A stretch of 33,482 nt of DNA from Deltaproteobacteria bacterium (GCA_015233355.1 JADFXY010000005.1:1-33482); one strand, 5' to 3'; numbered from the stretch's first letter, positions 19,625 to 28,830 are shown. Program-made: numbers and translations. Notes: generated by a model from the letters alone, not told the origin.

Positions 19625-19693
19625 TCACCGCAAGGGCGCCCGGCCAGCAGGAAGAGCTTGTTCACCCTGCCGGCCCGGACGTCTTTGCGGTGA
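19625..19693. repeat. Long imperfect inverted repeat (REP-like hairpin) between rpsA and sppA
   Basis: Arms tcaccgcaagggcgcccggccagcagg (19625-19651) and cctgccggcccggacgtctttgcggtga (19666-19693). Confidence 0.75.
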
Positions 19694-19772
19694 GTTTTAG
19701 ATCAAAATCGAGAATGGAAAATGGATACAAACACTGACCCAAAGGGCATGATGGGGACGCCGGCCGGGTAAT

Positions 19773-21713
19773 TTATTCAGCCTTAACCTCTGGCTTGTCG
19801 GCTGTCTCGTTTTCGAGTTTCTTTTGCTCAGCCAGTTCCAGCCCTTCTTTTATCAGTTGCCCGACATTGGAGGTGGCGGCTTTTTGTCCCGTCAGGTAGT
19901 CTTGGTAAATAGACTTCTCGTCGTCTTCTTCCAACCGCTTAATGGACAGGCCGATCTTTCTCTCTTTGTTGGAGACGCTGATGACTTTAGCCGTAACTAG
20001 ATCTCCGGAATTAAAATGCCCCACCGGCGACTTTAGTTTGTCTTTGCTGGCTTCCGAGACATGGACCAGTCCCTCTATCCCTTCCTCGATCTCCACAAAC
20101 ACCCCAAAGTCGGTGACGTTGGTAATAGTTCCGGTGACCTTGCTGTTTATCGGGTATTTGCGGGGAACATCTTCCCAGGGATCCGGGGTCAGTTGTTTAA
20201 TCCCCAACGAGAATCTTTCATTTTCCCGGTCTATGTTCAAGACAATGGCCTTAACGTCCTGGCCCTTGCGATATAGCTCGGAGGGGTGCTTAATCCGTTT
20301 CGTCCAAGAAATGTCGGAGATATGCACCAGGCCGTCGATTCCTTCTTCAATGCCGATGAAGATACCGAAGTCGGTGATGTTCTTGATCCGGCCTTGAATG
20401 ACCGTACCCACTGGATATTTCTCTCCGATAACGTCCCAGGGGTTGGGTTCGACCTGCTTCATCCCCAGGGAGATCCGTTTGTTCTTAGAATCGATATTCA
20501 ACACCACCGCTTCGACCACGTCACCTATGGACACGACTTTGGACGGATCATGAATCTTCCGGGTCCAGGACATCTCGGAGACATGGATCAAACCTTCAAT
20601 CCCTTCTTCAATCTCAATGAAGGAACCATACTTGGCCAGACTGACGACCTTCCCCGTGACTTTGGTGCCGACCGGATATTTCTCATCAGCCGTGGTCCAG
20701 GGATCCGGCGCCAGTTGTTTCAGACCCAATGACACCCGTTCCCGGTCTCGGTCAAAATTCAGCACCTTGACTTTGATCTCATCACCGATGGAGAACATTT
20801 CGGAAGGATGACCCACCCGGCCCCAAGAGATGTCAGTGATGTGCAGCAATCCGTCTATCCCGCCCAAGTCAACAAAGACACCGTATTCCGTGATATTTTT
20901 GACCGTACCGGTAACCACTTGTTCTTCGGCCAGGTTGGAAATGGTCCGGGTCTTGAGTTGTTCTTTTTCTTGTTCCAGGATAGCCCGGCGGGAAAGAACG
21001 ATATTCCCACGTTTTTTGTTAAATTTAAGTATCTTAAAATCATATGATTTGCCCACCATGGCGTCCAGGTTCCGGACCGGCCGGAGGTCTACCTGAGAGC
21101 CGGGCAAAAAGGCCGGAATCCCGATATCAACGGACAGCCCGCCTTTAACCTTGGAGGTGATTATACCGGTGATGACCCCGTCTTCATTGTAGACCCGGCT
21201 AATCTCATCCCACACTTTGATTTTATTTGCTTTTTCTTTGGAGAGAAGGATGCCGCCCTCTTCATCTTCCGTCTGTTCCAATAAGACATCCACGTAATCG
21301 CCGATCTGGGCCGTTACGTTTCCATCCTGATCAAGGAATTCATCAATGGATACCAGCCCTTCCGACTTATATCCGATATCAACCAAGACGTTTTCATTAT
21401 CAATCTTGATAATCTTGCCTCGGACGACATCACCTTCCTGGAATTTCTTGAGACTCTCCTCTATCACCTGATCATTGAAGGCCATCTGGTCGTCTGAGTC
21501 AGTGTCCTCCATTTCGTCCTGATCATCGGAGTCATCGGCCGACTCCTCATCAAGCCGGCTGCTGTTTTTTTGCCTGGTTCCGGCCGCGACACCATCCTCG
21601 GACTTGCTCATGGTCTGGATTTCGTCGGGTGCGGAAGCCACCGGCTCCTCAGCCAGGGAAATAGCGGTTACGTCTGGTTTTTGTTCGGTTGAGTTTTCTG
21701 TCATTATATCCAT
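19773..21713 (-). CDS. rpsA: 30S ribosomal protein S1
   Basis: Six S1 repeats (VDIGYKSEG, AFLPGSQVD, GLLHITDISW, GLIHVSEMSW, GLVHISDISW, GLVHVSE); downstream of cmk. Confidence 0.98.
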   Translation of the reverse strand: MDIMTENSTEQKPDVTAISLAEEPVASAPDEIQTMSKSEDGVAAGTRQKNSSRLDEESADDSDDQDEMEDTDSDDQMAFNDQVIEESLKKFQEGDVVRGKIIKIDNENVLVDIGYKSEGLVSIDEFLDQDGNVTAQIGDYVDVLLEQTEDEEGGILLSKEKANKIKVWDEISRVYNEDGVITGIITSKVKGGLSVDIGIPAFLPGSQVDLRPVRNLDAMVGKSYDFKILKFNKKRGNIVLSRRAILEQEKEQLKTRTISNLAEEQVVTGTVKNITEYGVFVDLGGIDGLLHITDISWGRVGHPSEMFSIGDEIKVKVLNFDRDRERVSLGLKQLAPDPWTTADEKYPVGTKVTGKVVSLAKYGSFIEIEEGIEGLIHVSEMSWTRKIHDPSKVVSIGDVVEAVVLNIDSKNKRISLGMKQVEPNPWDVIGEKYPVGTVIQGRIKNITDFGIFIGIEEGIDGLVHISDISWTKRIKHPSELYRKGQDVKAIVLNIDRENERFSLGIKQLTPDPWEDVPRKYPINSKVTGTITNVTDFGVFVEIEEGIEGLVHVSEASKDKLKSPVGHFNSGDLVTAKVISVSNKERKIGLSIKRLEEDDEKSIYQDYLTGQKAATSNVGQLIKEGLELAEQKKLENETADKPEVKAE

Positions 21714-21808
21714 TAATGGAACCCCCTGATTTTTTATAGCCTATCATGTCAAAATCGATGATAGGTTACGGCCGACAAAACTGTCGTACCGTAGGCAACG
21801 CAAGGTGA

Positions 21809-22546
21809 TTAATTCATTTTTTTATTGATAAAGTCAAGCATTTTTTCGACCACCTGGTTGATCGTCAGGTTGGTTGAGTCAACGATTAAGGCGTCTTCCG
21901 CAGGGCGGAGGGGGGCCACGGGTCTGGTCTGGTCGTTATGATCCCGCTGTCTCATATCCGCGGCAACCCGGTCAAGTGTCAGGTTATCGGAACTATCTTT
22001 CAACTCTAGAAAACGCCGCTCGCTTCGGGATTGAATATCCGCGATTAAAAAGAACTTCGCCGCCGCCCCGGGAAAGACCACCGTGCCCATATCGCGGCCC
22101 TCAAACACGGCTCTTCCTTTTTGGCCAAGACGCCGCTGCAGTTCCGTCATTGCCGCTCGGACCGCGGGGCGAGCCGATGTTCTGGAAGCCAACATGCTGA
22201 TCTCCGGCTCTCGGATGGCCGCGGTCAGGTCTTCGCCCGATTCAAAGATGCGCCATTCTTCCCCATCCCGTTGAAAAGTGATGTCGAGTTCCCGGCAGAG
22301 TCGCTCCAATGCGCCGTCATCATGGGGATCAATATCCAAATCTTTAGCCCGGAGCGCCACCACGCGGTACATGGCCCCGGTATCGACATAATCGAACCTG
22401 AGCCGCTCGGCCAAGATGCGGCTGACCGTACTTTTCCCGGCTCCGGCCGGGCCGTCGATGGTCACCACAGCCGATTTTTCTGCATCCACGTGCCGGATTG
22501 TCTCAGTCGGAAGCTTTTCCCGGTAAGATACCAAAATTTTTTCCAT
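21809..22546 (-). CDS. cmk: Cytidylate kinase
   Basis: TIDGPAGAGKST, DTGAMYR, EGRDMGTVVFP, RDHND..R..APL. The true start may be slightly downstream. Confidence 0.97.
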   Translation of the reverse strand: MEKILVSYREKLPTETIRHVDAEKSAVVTIDGPAGAGKSTVSRILAERLRFDYVDTGAMYRVVALRAKDLDIDPHDDGALERLCRELDITFQRDGEEWRIFESGEDLTAAIREPEISMLASRTSARPAVRAAMTELQRRLGQKGRAVFEGRDMGTVVFPGAAAKFFLIADIQSRSERRFLELKDSSDNLTLDRVAADMRQRDHNDQTRPVAPLRPAEDALIVDSTNLTINQVVEKMLDFINKKMN

Positions 22547-22645
22547 GCTGAATTTCGAGGAAAAGTAGGTGTGGCTAAGTTGGGGGCAGGTGCTGATGGT
22601 GCGGCAGAAATGAGGTGATGGTTATTAACGGAATCAGAAAACCTG

Positions 22646-22677
22646 GCCTTTAACTTGCTCTGCCTTTAACTTGCTCT
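22646..22677. repeat. Perfect 16-bp tandem duplication
   Basis: gcctttaacttgctct x2 in the cmk upstream region. Confidence 0.9.
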
Positions 22678-22883
22678 GATGGATCTCCTACTGATAGTTA
22701 TACTTTGACGATATAGGTAGTCACCATACTATCCCTTGATAAAAAAATCAACATTTTTTTTGCCGCCCGGTATAGGGGCGTTCTATTTTAATTATTGATA
22801 AACAAACCGGCGGCAAGCCTCGCCCCGGCCACCTGAACAGTCCGCAGCCGCCCGCCTATAATTGACGCCTAAGTCCGGCCGGC

Positions 22884-23315
22884 TCATCCCTTGATCTTAC
22901 TAATTACTCGAATGTCAGTGATGACCGTGGTCGGATAAAGGCCCAGGTCGTCTTTTTCCAGATACTTGACCATATCCAGGATGGTGTTCAGAGCTATCGT
23001 AACACCAACTAAGGCCTCCATCTCCACTCCCGTCTTGGCCATACATTTGACCCGGCAGGTGGCCTCCACCCCTTCGTCCGTCACCAAAAAGTCAAAATTG
23101 ACCTGATCAAGCGGAAGTAGGTGACAATGGGGAATCAACAGTGAAGTTTGTTTGGCGGCCGTCATCCCGGCCACTTCCGCGACGGCCAGGGGATCACCTT
23201 TTTTTACCTGCCCTTGACGAATGGCCGCGATACTTTGAGGATTGAGGATGATCCGGCCTCCGGCGGAAGCGGATCGAGGAATGACTTTTTTCTCAGAAAC
23301 ATCCACCATGCCCAT
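22884..23315 (-). CDS. moaC: Cyclic pyranopterin monophosphate synthase MoaC
   Basis: MVDVSEK, KKGDPL, AAKQTSLLIPHCH, KTGVEMEAL, DMVK. Confidence 0.96.
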   Translation of the reverse strand: MGMVDVSEKKVIPRSASAGGRIILNPQSIAAIRQGQVKKGDPLAVAEVAGMTAAKQTSLLIPHCHLLPLDQVNFDFLVTDEGVEATCRVKCMAKTGVEMEALVGVTIALNTILDMVKYLEKDDLGLYPTTVITDIRVISKIKG

Positions 23316-23331
23316 CTATAAGCTCACTTTT

Positions 23332-23390
23332 CCGGTTGCGGGTTTCAGGTTACGGGTTGCGTGTTCGGGTTGCGCGGGTTGCTCGTTACC
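23332..23390. repeat. Degenerate 7-mer (CGGGTTN) tandem array
   Basis: ccggttg cgggttt caggtta cgggttg cgtgtt cgggttg cg cgggttg ctcgtta, just upstream of moaC. Confidence 0.8.
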
Positions 23391-23652
23391 TATACTGTCA
23401 ATGGTTTAATGCCGATTGTCAAGCCGTATAATGCTATCGCTGAGGATGTGCGGCCGGGCCCAAAAAAATTCCATCCGCCGACGTTTTCTTTATGCCGTTT
23501 ATAGATAGCTTTATTCTTGACAAAATTAGGTTTTTTTGAGAATCTTCGGGTCAAGGCGGGCACCCGGATGGAGTCGCCATGGCTTGTCTACCCACACCAT
23601 ATCATTCAACTAAACAGATACCTTTTTAACCAGATGAATCGAGTTGACATAT

Positions 23653-26600
23653 ATGAATAAGATATCACACCTGCTTGAAAAGTTCTTAAAAATATATAAA
23701 GAGGAGACCATCTTTTTTTTATGGATGGGGTCGTTATTCTTTCTCATCAGTTTAGATGGGATGTTTCTGGATAATTACGCCGACACGGTGTTTTTGAAAC
23801 GTTACGGGGTCAAGTTTCTTCCGAATATATTCATTATCAATGCCGTAGTGATCTTCGTATTGATGAACTATTTGATGGCCTATCTGGACCGGTATTCCTC
23901 CTTGCAGATATTGAAGGTGTTTATTATTGTTTTCGGAGGCATCACGGTCATCGGCCGGATCGCCGTCCATTACAAGATATCCGCCGCTTACCCGGTGCTC
24001 TACATCCTGAATACCCAGTACGAAACCCTGTTGATGTTATTCTTCTGGAATATCGCCAATGAATTGTTTAATACCCGCCAATCCAAGCGGCTGTTTCCAC
24101 TGATTACCGCAGCCGGGGTGCTGGGCAGGATCGTGGGCAACTTTTTCACCAAACCGCTGCCCAAATTGATCGGCATCGATAACATTCTGCTTCTTTACGT
24201 GGCGATATTACTGGTCGGGCTGTTCATGTTGATCCGGTTCCAAAAACACATGCCCCCTCCGTCCGGCCAGGTGACCAAAGCAAAGAGAAAGAAAAAAAAC
24301 ATAATGGGTGAATTGAAAGATATCGCCCCATTGTGCCGGCGGTCCCGGCTCTTTTTCATTCTGGTCATCATTACCCTGCTGCCGAACATTGTCATTCCCA
24401 TCTTTAACTATCAATTCAACTTTATAGTGGACAAATCGTTCCATTCAGAGGGCGGGTTGATGGCTTTTTTCGCCATCTTCCGGGGCTGTTTCAACATCAT
24501 CACCTTTGTTCTGCTGTTGCTCACCGGAAGGTTTTATGCCTATTTCGGTCTCGGCTTGTCTTTAATGTTCCATCCTTTCAATTATGCCCTGGTCTTTATC
24601 AGTCTGTTCTTTTTCTTTAATATATACAGTGCAGTATATGGTCGGATGAGCACCAATATCCTGCGGGCGACCTTAAACAATCCAGCCCGGAGTGTCTTGC
24701 TCAGTCTGTTTCCGTCCGATATCCGGCTTAAAGCCCGGCCCATTCTCCGGGGAACCATCGTCCGCATCGGGAGCGTCCTGGGATCTCTATATTTGATCCT
24801 CCTTAAAGGGATGGTCTCACCCGCTCACCTGGCTATTTTCGGCTTCATTTGCTCGGCCCTTTGGCTTTTGACGAATATTTACATGAAAAAGCACTATGCT
24901 TCCATCCTAATGGAAGTCCTTACGGAAAAACGAGTGGACCTCCAAGAGCTACCAGAAGCGGAGATGAAGCTCCTGCTCAAAGACAACACCTTTGTCAAGG
25001 GATTGCTTGACGGCTTGTCCAGGGAGACCGGTCCCGACTGCCTGTGGTACGCCGGACTCTTGCGGCAGGCGGAATACCCTGAGTTGAATCGGATTATCCT
25101 GGCCCTCTTACCAGCCAAGGATGCAGCCGTGCAAAAAGAGCTGCTGACAATGCTCACCGCCGTGGATGAGTCGGCCTTACCCCAAAAATTCGATGAACTG
25201 CTGAACAAAGTCGCCCCCTCCACCCAGCCCGACCTGGTCCGGGCCATGACCACCTGGGCATCTCTCCCTGAAATGGGTGAACGATTCTACCACCTGGCCC
25301 AGACCGGGCCTCCGGAACTGGCCGTGGAAGCCTGGACCGGGGTATACCGCCGGCCGGATCATCAGGAGCAAGCCTGGGAGGCCCTGAATAGTTACTTATC
25401 AACCGGAGACGAGGACCTGTTGGCCCGGGCCGCCTTGGCCGCCGGAAAAACCGGTGACTCCAGGTTTAAGGACCGTCTGGTCTATCTGGCCGGTCAGGCC
25501 GAAAACGACCAGGTCCGGGCCGCGGCCATCACCGGCTTAACCCATCTGGTCGATGTCAACATTGAAGACACATTATTGGCCGGCTTAGGCGATTCCTCAG
25601 CCTGGGTTCGTCTGGCCGCGGTGCAGGGCCTGGAAATCAATTCCGACATTCGGCTGCGGACATGCCTAAGGCAACTGGCCGACCCGGAAATCAAACTCCG
25701 GCAGGCCGCGATTGACAAGGCTCTGAATTCCGAGTATGTCACCACCAACCGGTTGCTCCAAAACCTGGATACCCCCTTCCACGAGGTCAAAGAGGGAATA
25801 TTAACCATTCTGGAAAGGCAGAACGAGGGTAAAACCAATCTGGAGCAGGCCGACGACGATGAAATTGAGGCCGTGGGTTCCAGACAATCCACCACTTTTG
25901 ATCTGAATCAATACATCCAGCAAGAGTTGAACACAGCCTATATCAACCTCATATTAAAAAACAAACTGACCGGCTTTGATTCTCCCTGGGCCGCCTTGTT
26001 GACTAAAAAGATGGACGAGGCCAACTATGAGTCCATTTACGCGATTATCAAGCTATTGGAAATTCAACTGCAAGACGAGGACATGCGGGTGGTGCTCAAA
26101 TCGATCCTGGAGGGAACCTCTTGGGACAGGTCCAACGCAGTTGAACTCCTGGAAAACAAATTGCACCCCTCGCTAAAGCGGGTACTGGTGCCCTTAGTCG
26201 ACGAGGTCCCCATGGTTGAGCGCATGAAGGTGGCCTCCAAATACCTGAACCTGACGGATTTCGTCAATAAAGATATTAAGGAGTTAGTTCAGATCCTGGG
26301 CCGGCGGCCGGATCCGGTGCTGAGAATGTGCTTACTTCAGTTCCTGGCCCATCATTTCCCAGGCCCCGATGTCGCCGAACTGGCCTCGTCCCTAAGCAAG
26401 AGCCGTCATCGTCCGTTACAGGAAACCGCCACCCAGATCTACGGCCGGTTAACCGGCGCGGAACCCGTTTCAGATGGAGGAACCCCGATGCTGCCTATTA
26501 TGGATAAGATACTTCTATTAAAAAAAGTGAAGATATTCTCTGGATTGAAAGTCAATGAGTTAGCCGCCATCGCCTCCGTCGTGACGGAAAAGGAATTTGA

Positions 26601-26937
26601 AGCCGATGCGGTGGTGGTCAAAGAAGGTGAAGCCGGCGCCACCCTTTATCTGATTATGGAAGGCAACGTCTCGGTGATTAAGAACATGGGGCAACCCGGC
26701 GAAGTGACTTTGGACAAACTAACCGAGAATGATTACTTTGGTGAAATGGCTTTGTTTGATTCCAAGCCGCGTTCCGCTTCGATCAAGACGCTCGGCCCGA
26801 CTAAGATGCTGACCTTAAACAAATTGGAATTTGAGGAAATCGTCAAAGAATATGGTAAGATTGCCCTGGCCTTTTGCCAGGTTTTCGGGGACCGGCTGCG
26901 GAAGCTGCATGATAAGATCAACGCCGCTGTAGCCTGA
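23653..26937 (+). CDS. NTT/TLC (ATP/ADP translocase-like) membrane domain + HEAT repeats + C-terminal cNMP-binding domain
   Basis: ~12 TM N-terminal region with YADTVFLKRYGVKFLP and FWNIANELFNTRQSKRLFPLI; HEAT-like repeats (VRAAAITGL, VRLAAVQGL); cNMP motif FGEMALFDSKPRSAS. ATG 23653 (ORF track uses TTG 23644). Confidence 0.88.
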   Translation: MNKISHLLEKFLKIYKEETIFFLWMGSLFFLISLDGMFLDNYADTVFLKRYGVKFLPNIFIINAVVIFVLMNYLMAYLDRYSSLQILKVFIIVFGGITVIGRIAVHYKISAAYPVLYILNTQYETLLMLFFWNIANELFNTRQSKRLFPLITAAGVLGRIVGNFFTKPLPKLIGIDNILLLYVAILLVGLFMLIRFQKHMPPPSGQVTKAKRKKKNIMGELKDIAPLCRRSRLFFILVIITLLPNIVIPIFNYQFNFIVDKSFHSEGGLMAFFAIFRGCFNIITFVLLLLTGRFYAYFGLGLSLMFHPFNYALVFISLFFFFNIYSAVYGRMSTNILRATLNNPARSVLLSLFPSDIRLKARPILRGTIVRIGSVLGSLYLILLKGMVSPAHLAIFGFICSALWLLTNIYMKKHYASILMEVLTEKRVDLQELPEAEMKLLLKDNTFVKGLLDGLSRETGPDCLWYAGLLRQAEYPELNRIILALLPAKDAAVQKELLTMLTAVDESALPQKFDELLNKVAPSTQPDLVRAMTTWASLPEMGERFYHLAQTGPPELAVEAWTGVYRRPDHQEQAWEALNSYLSTGDEDLLARAALAAGKTGDSRFKDRLVYLAGQAENDQVRAAAITGLTHLVDVNIEDTLLAGLGDSSAWVRLAAVQGLEINSDIRLRTCLRQLADPEIKLRQAAIDKALNSEYVTTNRLLQNLDTPFHEVKEGILTILERQNEGKTNLEQADDDEIEAVGSRQSTTFDLNQYIQQELNTAYINLILKNKLTGFDSPWAALLTKKMDEANYESIYAIIKLLEIQLQDEDMRVVLKSILEGTSWDRSNAVELLENKLHPSLKRVLVPLVDEVPMVERMKVASKYLNLTDFVNKDIKELVQILGRRPDPVLRMCLLQFLAHHFPGPDVAELASSLSKSRHRPLQETATQIYGRLTGAEPVSDGGTPMLPIMDKILLLKKVKIFSGLKVNELAAIASVVTEKEFEADAVVVKEGEAGATLYLIMEGNVSVIKNMGQPGEVTLDKLTENDYFGEMALFDSKPRSASIKTLGPTKMLTLNKLEFEEIVKEYGKIALAFCQVFGDRLRKLHDKINAAVA

Positions 26938-27087
26938 CAGATGGTCCTGGGCACCTGGCAACAAATAGTCTTGCTTGATTTTGACAATCGACCCCGCCGG
27001 CGCCGGGTCTTCATGCAGGTTATGGGACGGGACGGTGAGACGTAGGCGGTGAGGCATAGCTAGATAACACCGGCAGCAGGAGTAAAC

Positions 27088-28074
27088 GTGGCAGAAAAGA
27101 GCAACCGAAAAGGAGGCAAACAAATTCAATTAGAATTTGAAAGCAACAAATTCATTGGCGCCCTGTATGGCGAGCACAACGCCAATGTGAAGCTCATAGA
27201 ACGCACTTTGGGCATCAAGGCCGATGTCAAGGGAAATACCGTGATCCTGCGCGGCGAGCAAGCCGACCTGGAACTGGCCCGGCAGGTCTTGACCCAACTG
27301 TACGGACTGATCGAAGAAGGCTTTCCGATCTACCCCAGTGATGTGGATTATGGTCTCCGAATCATCAAAGGGAATAGGGACGCCCGCCTCAAAGACATTT
27401 TTCAAGACGCCGTCTATATCTCCACCAAAAAACGAGCGATCACGCCCAAAAGCCTGACCCAAAAGAAATACATCGAGGCGATCCGGAAACATGATATCGT
27501 CTTCGGCATCGGCCCGGCCGGGACGGGGAAAACCTACCTGGCCATGTCCATGGCCGTGGCATCTTTGATGAAAAAAGAAGTCAGCCGGATTGTCTTGACC
27601 AGGCCGGCGGTGGAGGCCGGAGAACGGCTGGGGTTCTTGCCCGGTGACCTGGCTGAAAAAGTCAATCCCTACCTGAGACCACTCTATGATGCCCTCAATG
27701 ATCTGCTGGATTTTGAGCAAACGACCCAGTTGATCACCCGGGGCGTCATCGAAGTGGCCCCCCTGGCCTTTATGCGGGGCCGGACTCTGAACGATGCTTT
27801 CATCATTTTAGACGAAGCCCAAAACACGACCTCAGAGCAGATGAAGATGTTTCTGACCCGGCTGGGCTACAGTTCTAAGGCGGTCATTACCGGTGATATC
27901 ACTCAAATAGACCTGCCCAACGGCAAGGGCTCGGGACTGGTGGAAGCCAAAAAAATTCTATCAAATATCAGCGGGATAGAGTTCATCGCCTTTTCCCAGG
28001 AGGATGTCGTCCGGCACCAACTGGTCAGGGATATTATCTCCGCCTATGAACAGATGGAAAAAGACAAACCGTAA
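27088..28074 (+). CDS. phoH: PhoH family ATPase
   Basis: GPAGTGKT, LTRPAVEAGERLGFLPGD, LAFMRGRTL, LDEAQN, TGDITQIDLP. AGGAG RBS before GTG. Confidence 0.96.
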   Translation: MAEKSNRKGGKQIQLEFESNKFIGALYGEHNANVKLIERTLGIKADVKGNTVILRGEQADLELARQVLTQLYGLIEEGFPIYPSDVDYGLRIIKGNRDARLKDIFQDAVYISTKKRAITPKSLTQKKYIEAIRKHDIVFGIGPAGTGKTYLAMSMAVASLMKKEVSRIVLTRPAVEAGERLGFLPGDLAEKVNPYLRPLYDALNDLLDFEQTTQLITRGVIEVAPLAFMRGRTLNDAFIILDEAQNTTSEQMKMFLTRLGYSSKAVITGDITQIDLPNGKGSGLVEAKKILSNISGIEFIAFSQEDVVRHQLVRDIISAYEQMEKDKP

Positions 28075-28083
28075 ACTCACTGA

Positions 28084-28830
28084 TCACCCGATGGTGTCCA
28101 CGGCGGCGAAACCGGGTTCATGTAGCGGTAACAAAATTTCGGCCATAGACCGGATCATCAACAGCAGGTCATAGGCCTCATAAACGTGGACGTGGGTTCC
28201 CGGAGGGATGACCTCCATTTCCATTCCGGTAATCGCGGGCGGCGGATTGAAGTTTTCCATGATGCAACAAAATCCGGTAATTACCGCTTGACCGGCGGCT
28301 GTCTGGATGACCACGCTGCACCCCCCCTGAGTGTGGGCCGGGGTATGGATCACCTGAATTCCGGGAACGATCTCGATATCCCGGTCGATGGTCTTGATCT
28401 GGCCCCGCTCTTCCACCTCCAGGATAAAATCCTCATTATACCTGAAATCCAGCGGGTGGGGATTGTGGACGTGGTCGATTTCCAATTGGTGGACATAAAT
28501 GGCGGCGTTGACGCAGCTCTCGTCGTTTTCGCAGTGGTCATTATGCAGATGGGTATGGATGATAATGTCGATATCCTCAGGGCGCAAGTTCCATTTGGCC
28601 AACCCCTCCTCAAAGGTAAAGATCTTCCCGCTGATGGCTTCCTCCCGAGCGGCTGACCGGACGGGGCTGTACTCACCTGTGTCAACCAGAATCTTCCCCG
28701 CGGGACCTTCCAGGTACCAACTATAAATTGGAATGGTATATTTCTGTCCCTGGCCATGCTGGTAAGTCATCATGGACTTGTCAAACACCTTCGTGCCCAA
28801 GACAATCGGATGTATCTTATATAGACTCAC
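28084..28830 (-). CDS. Metallo-beta-lactamase-fold hydrolase, N-acyl homoserine lactonase-like family
   Basis: LVDTG, THLHNDH (HxHxDH), TPAHT, terminal PLHEP. GGAGG RBS before GTG. Confidence 0.85.
   Translation of the reverse strand: MSLYKIHPIVLGTKVFDKSMMTYQHGQGQKYTIPIYSWYLEGPAGKILVDTGEYSPVRSAAREEAISGKIFTFEEGLAKWNLRPEDIDIIIHTHLHNDHCENDESCVNAAIYVHQLEIDHVHNPHPLDFRYNEDFILEVEERGQIKTIDRDIEIVPGIQVIHTPAHTQGGCSVVIQTAAGQAVITGFCCIMENFNPPPAITGMEMEVIPPGTHVHVYEAYDLLLMIRSMAEILLPLHEPGFAAVDTIG

Noticed and set aside
19940-21100. Repeated DNA segments within rpsA
   Set aside because: Explained by the tandem S1 domains.
23332-23390. Short repeat arrays as a possible CRISPR
   Set aside because: 7-nt degenerate units with no spacers and no cas genes.
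27130-27720. 196-aa minus-strand ORF
   Set aside because: Antisense shadow of phoH.
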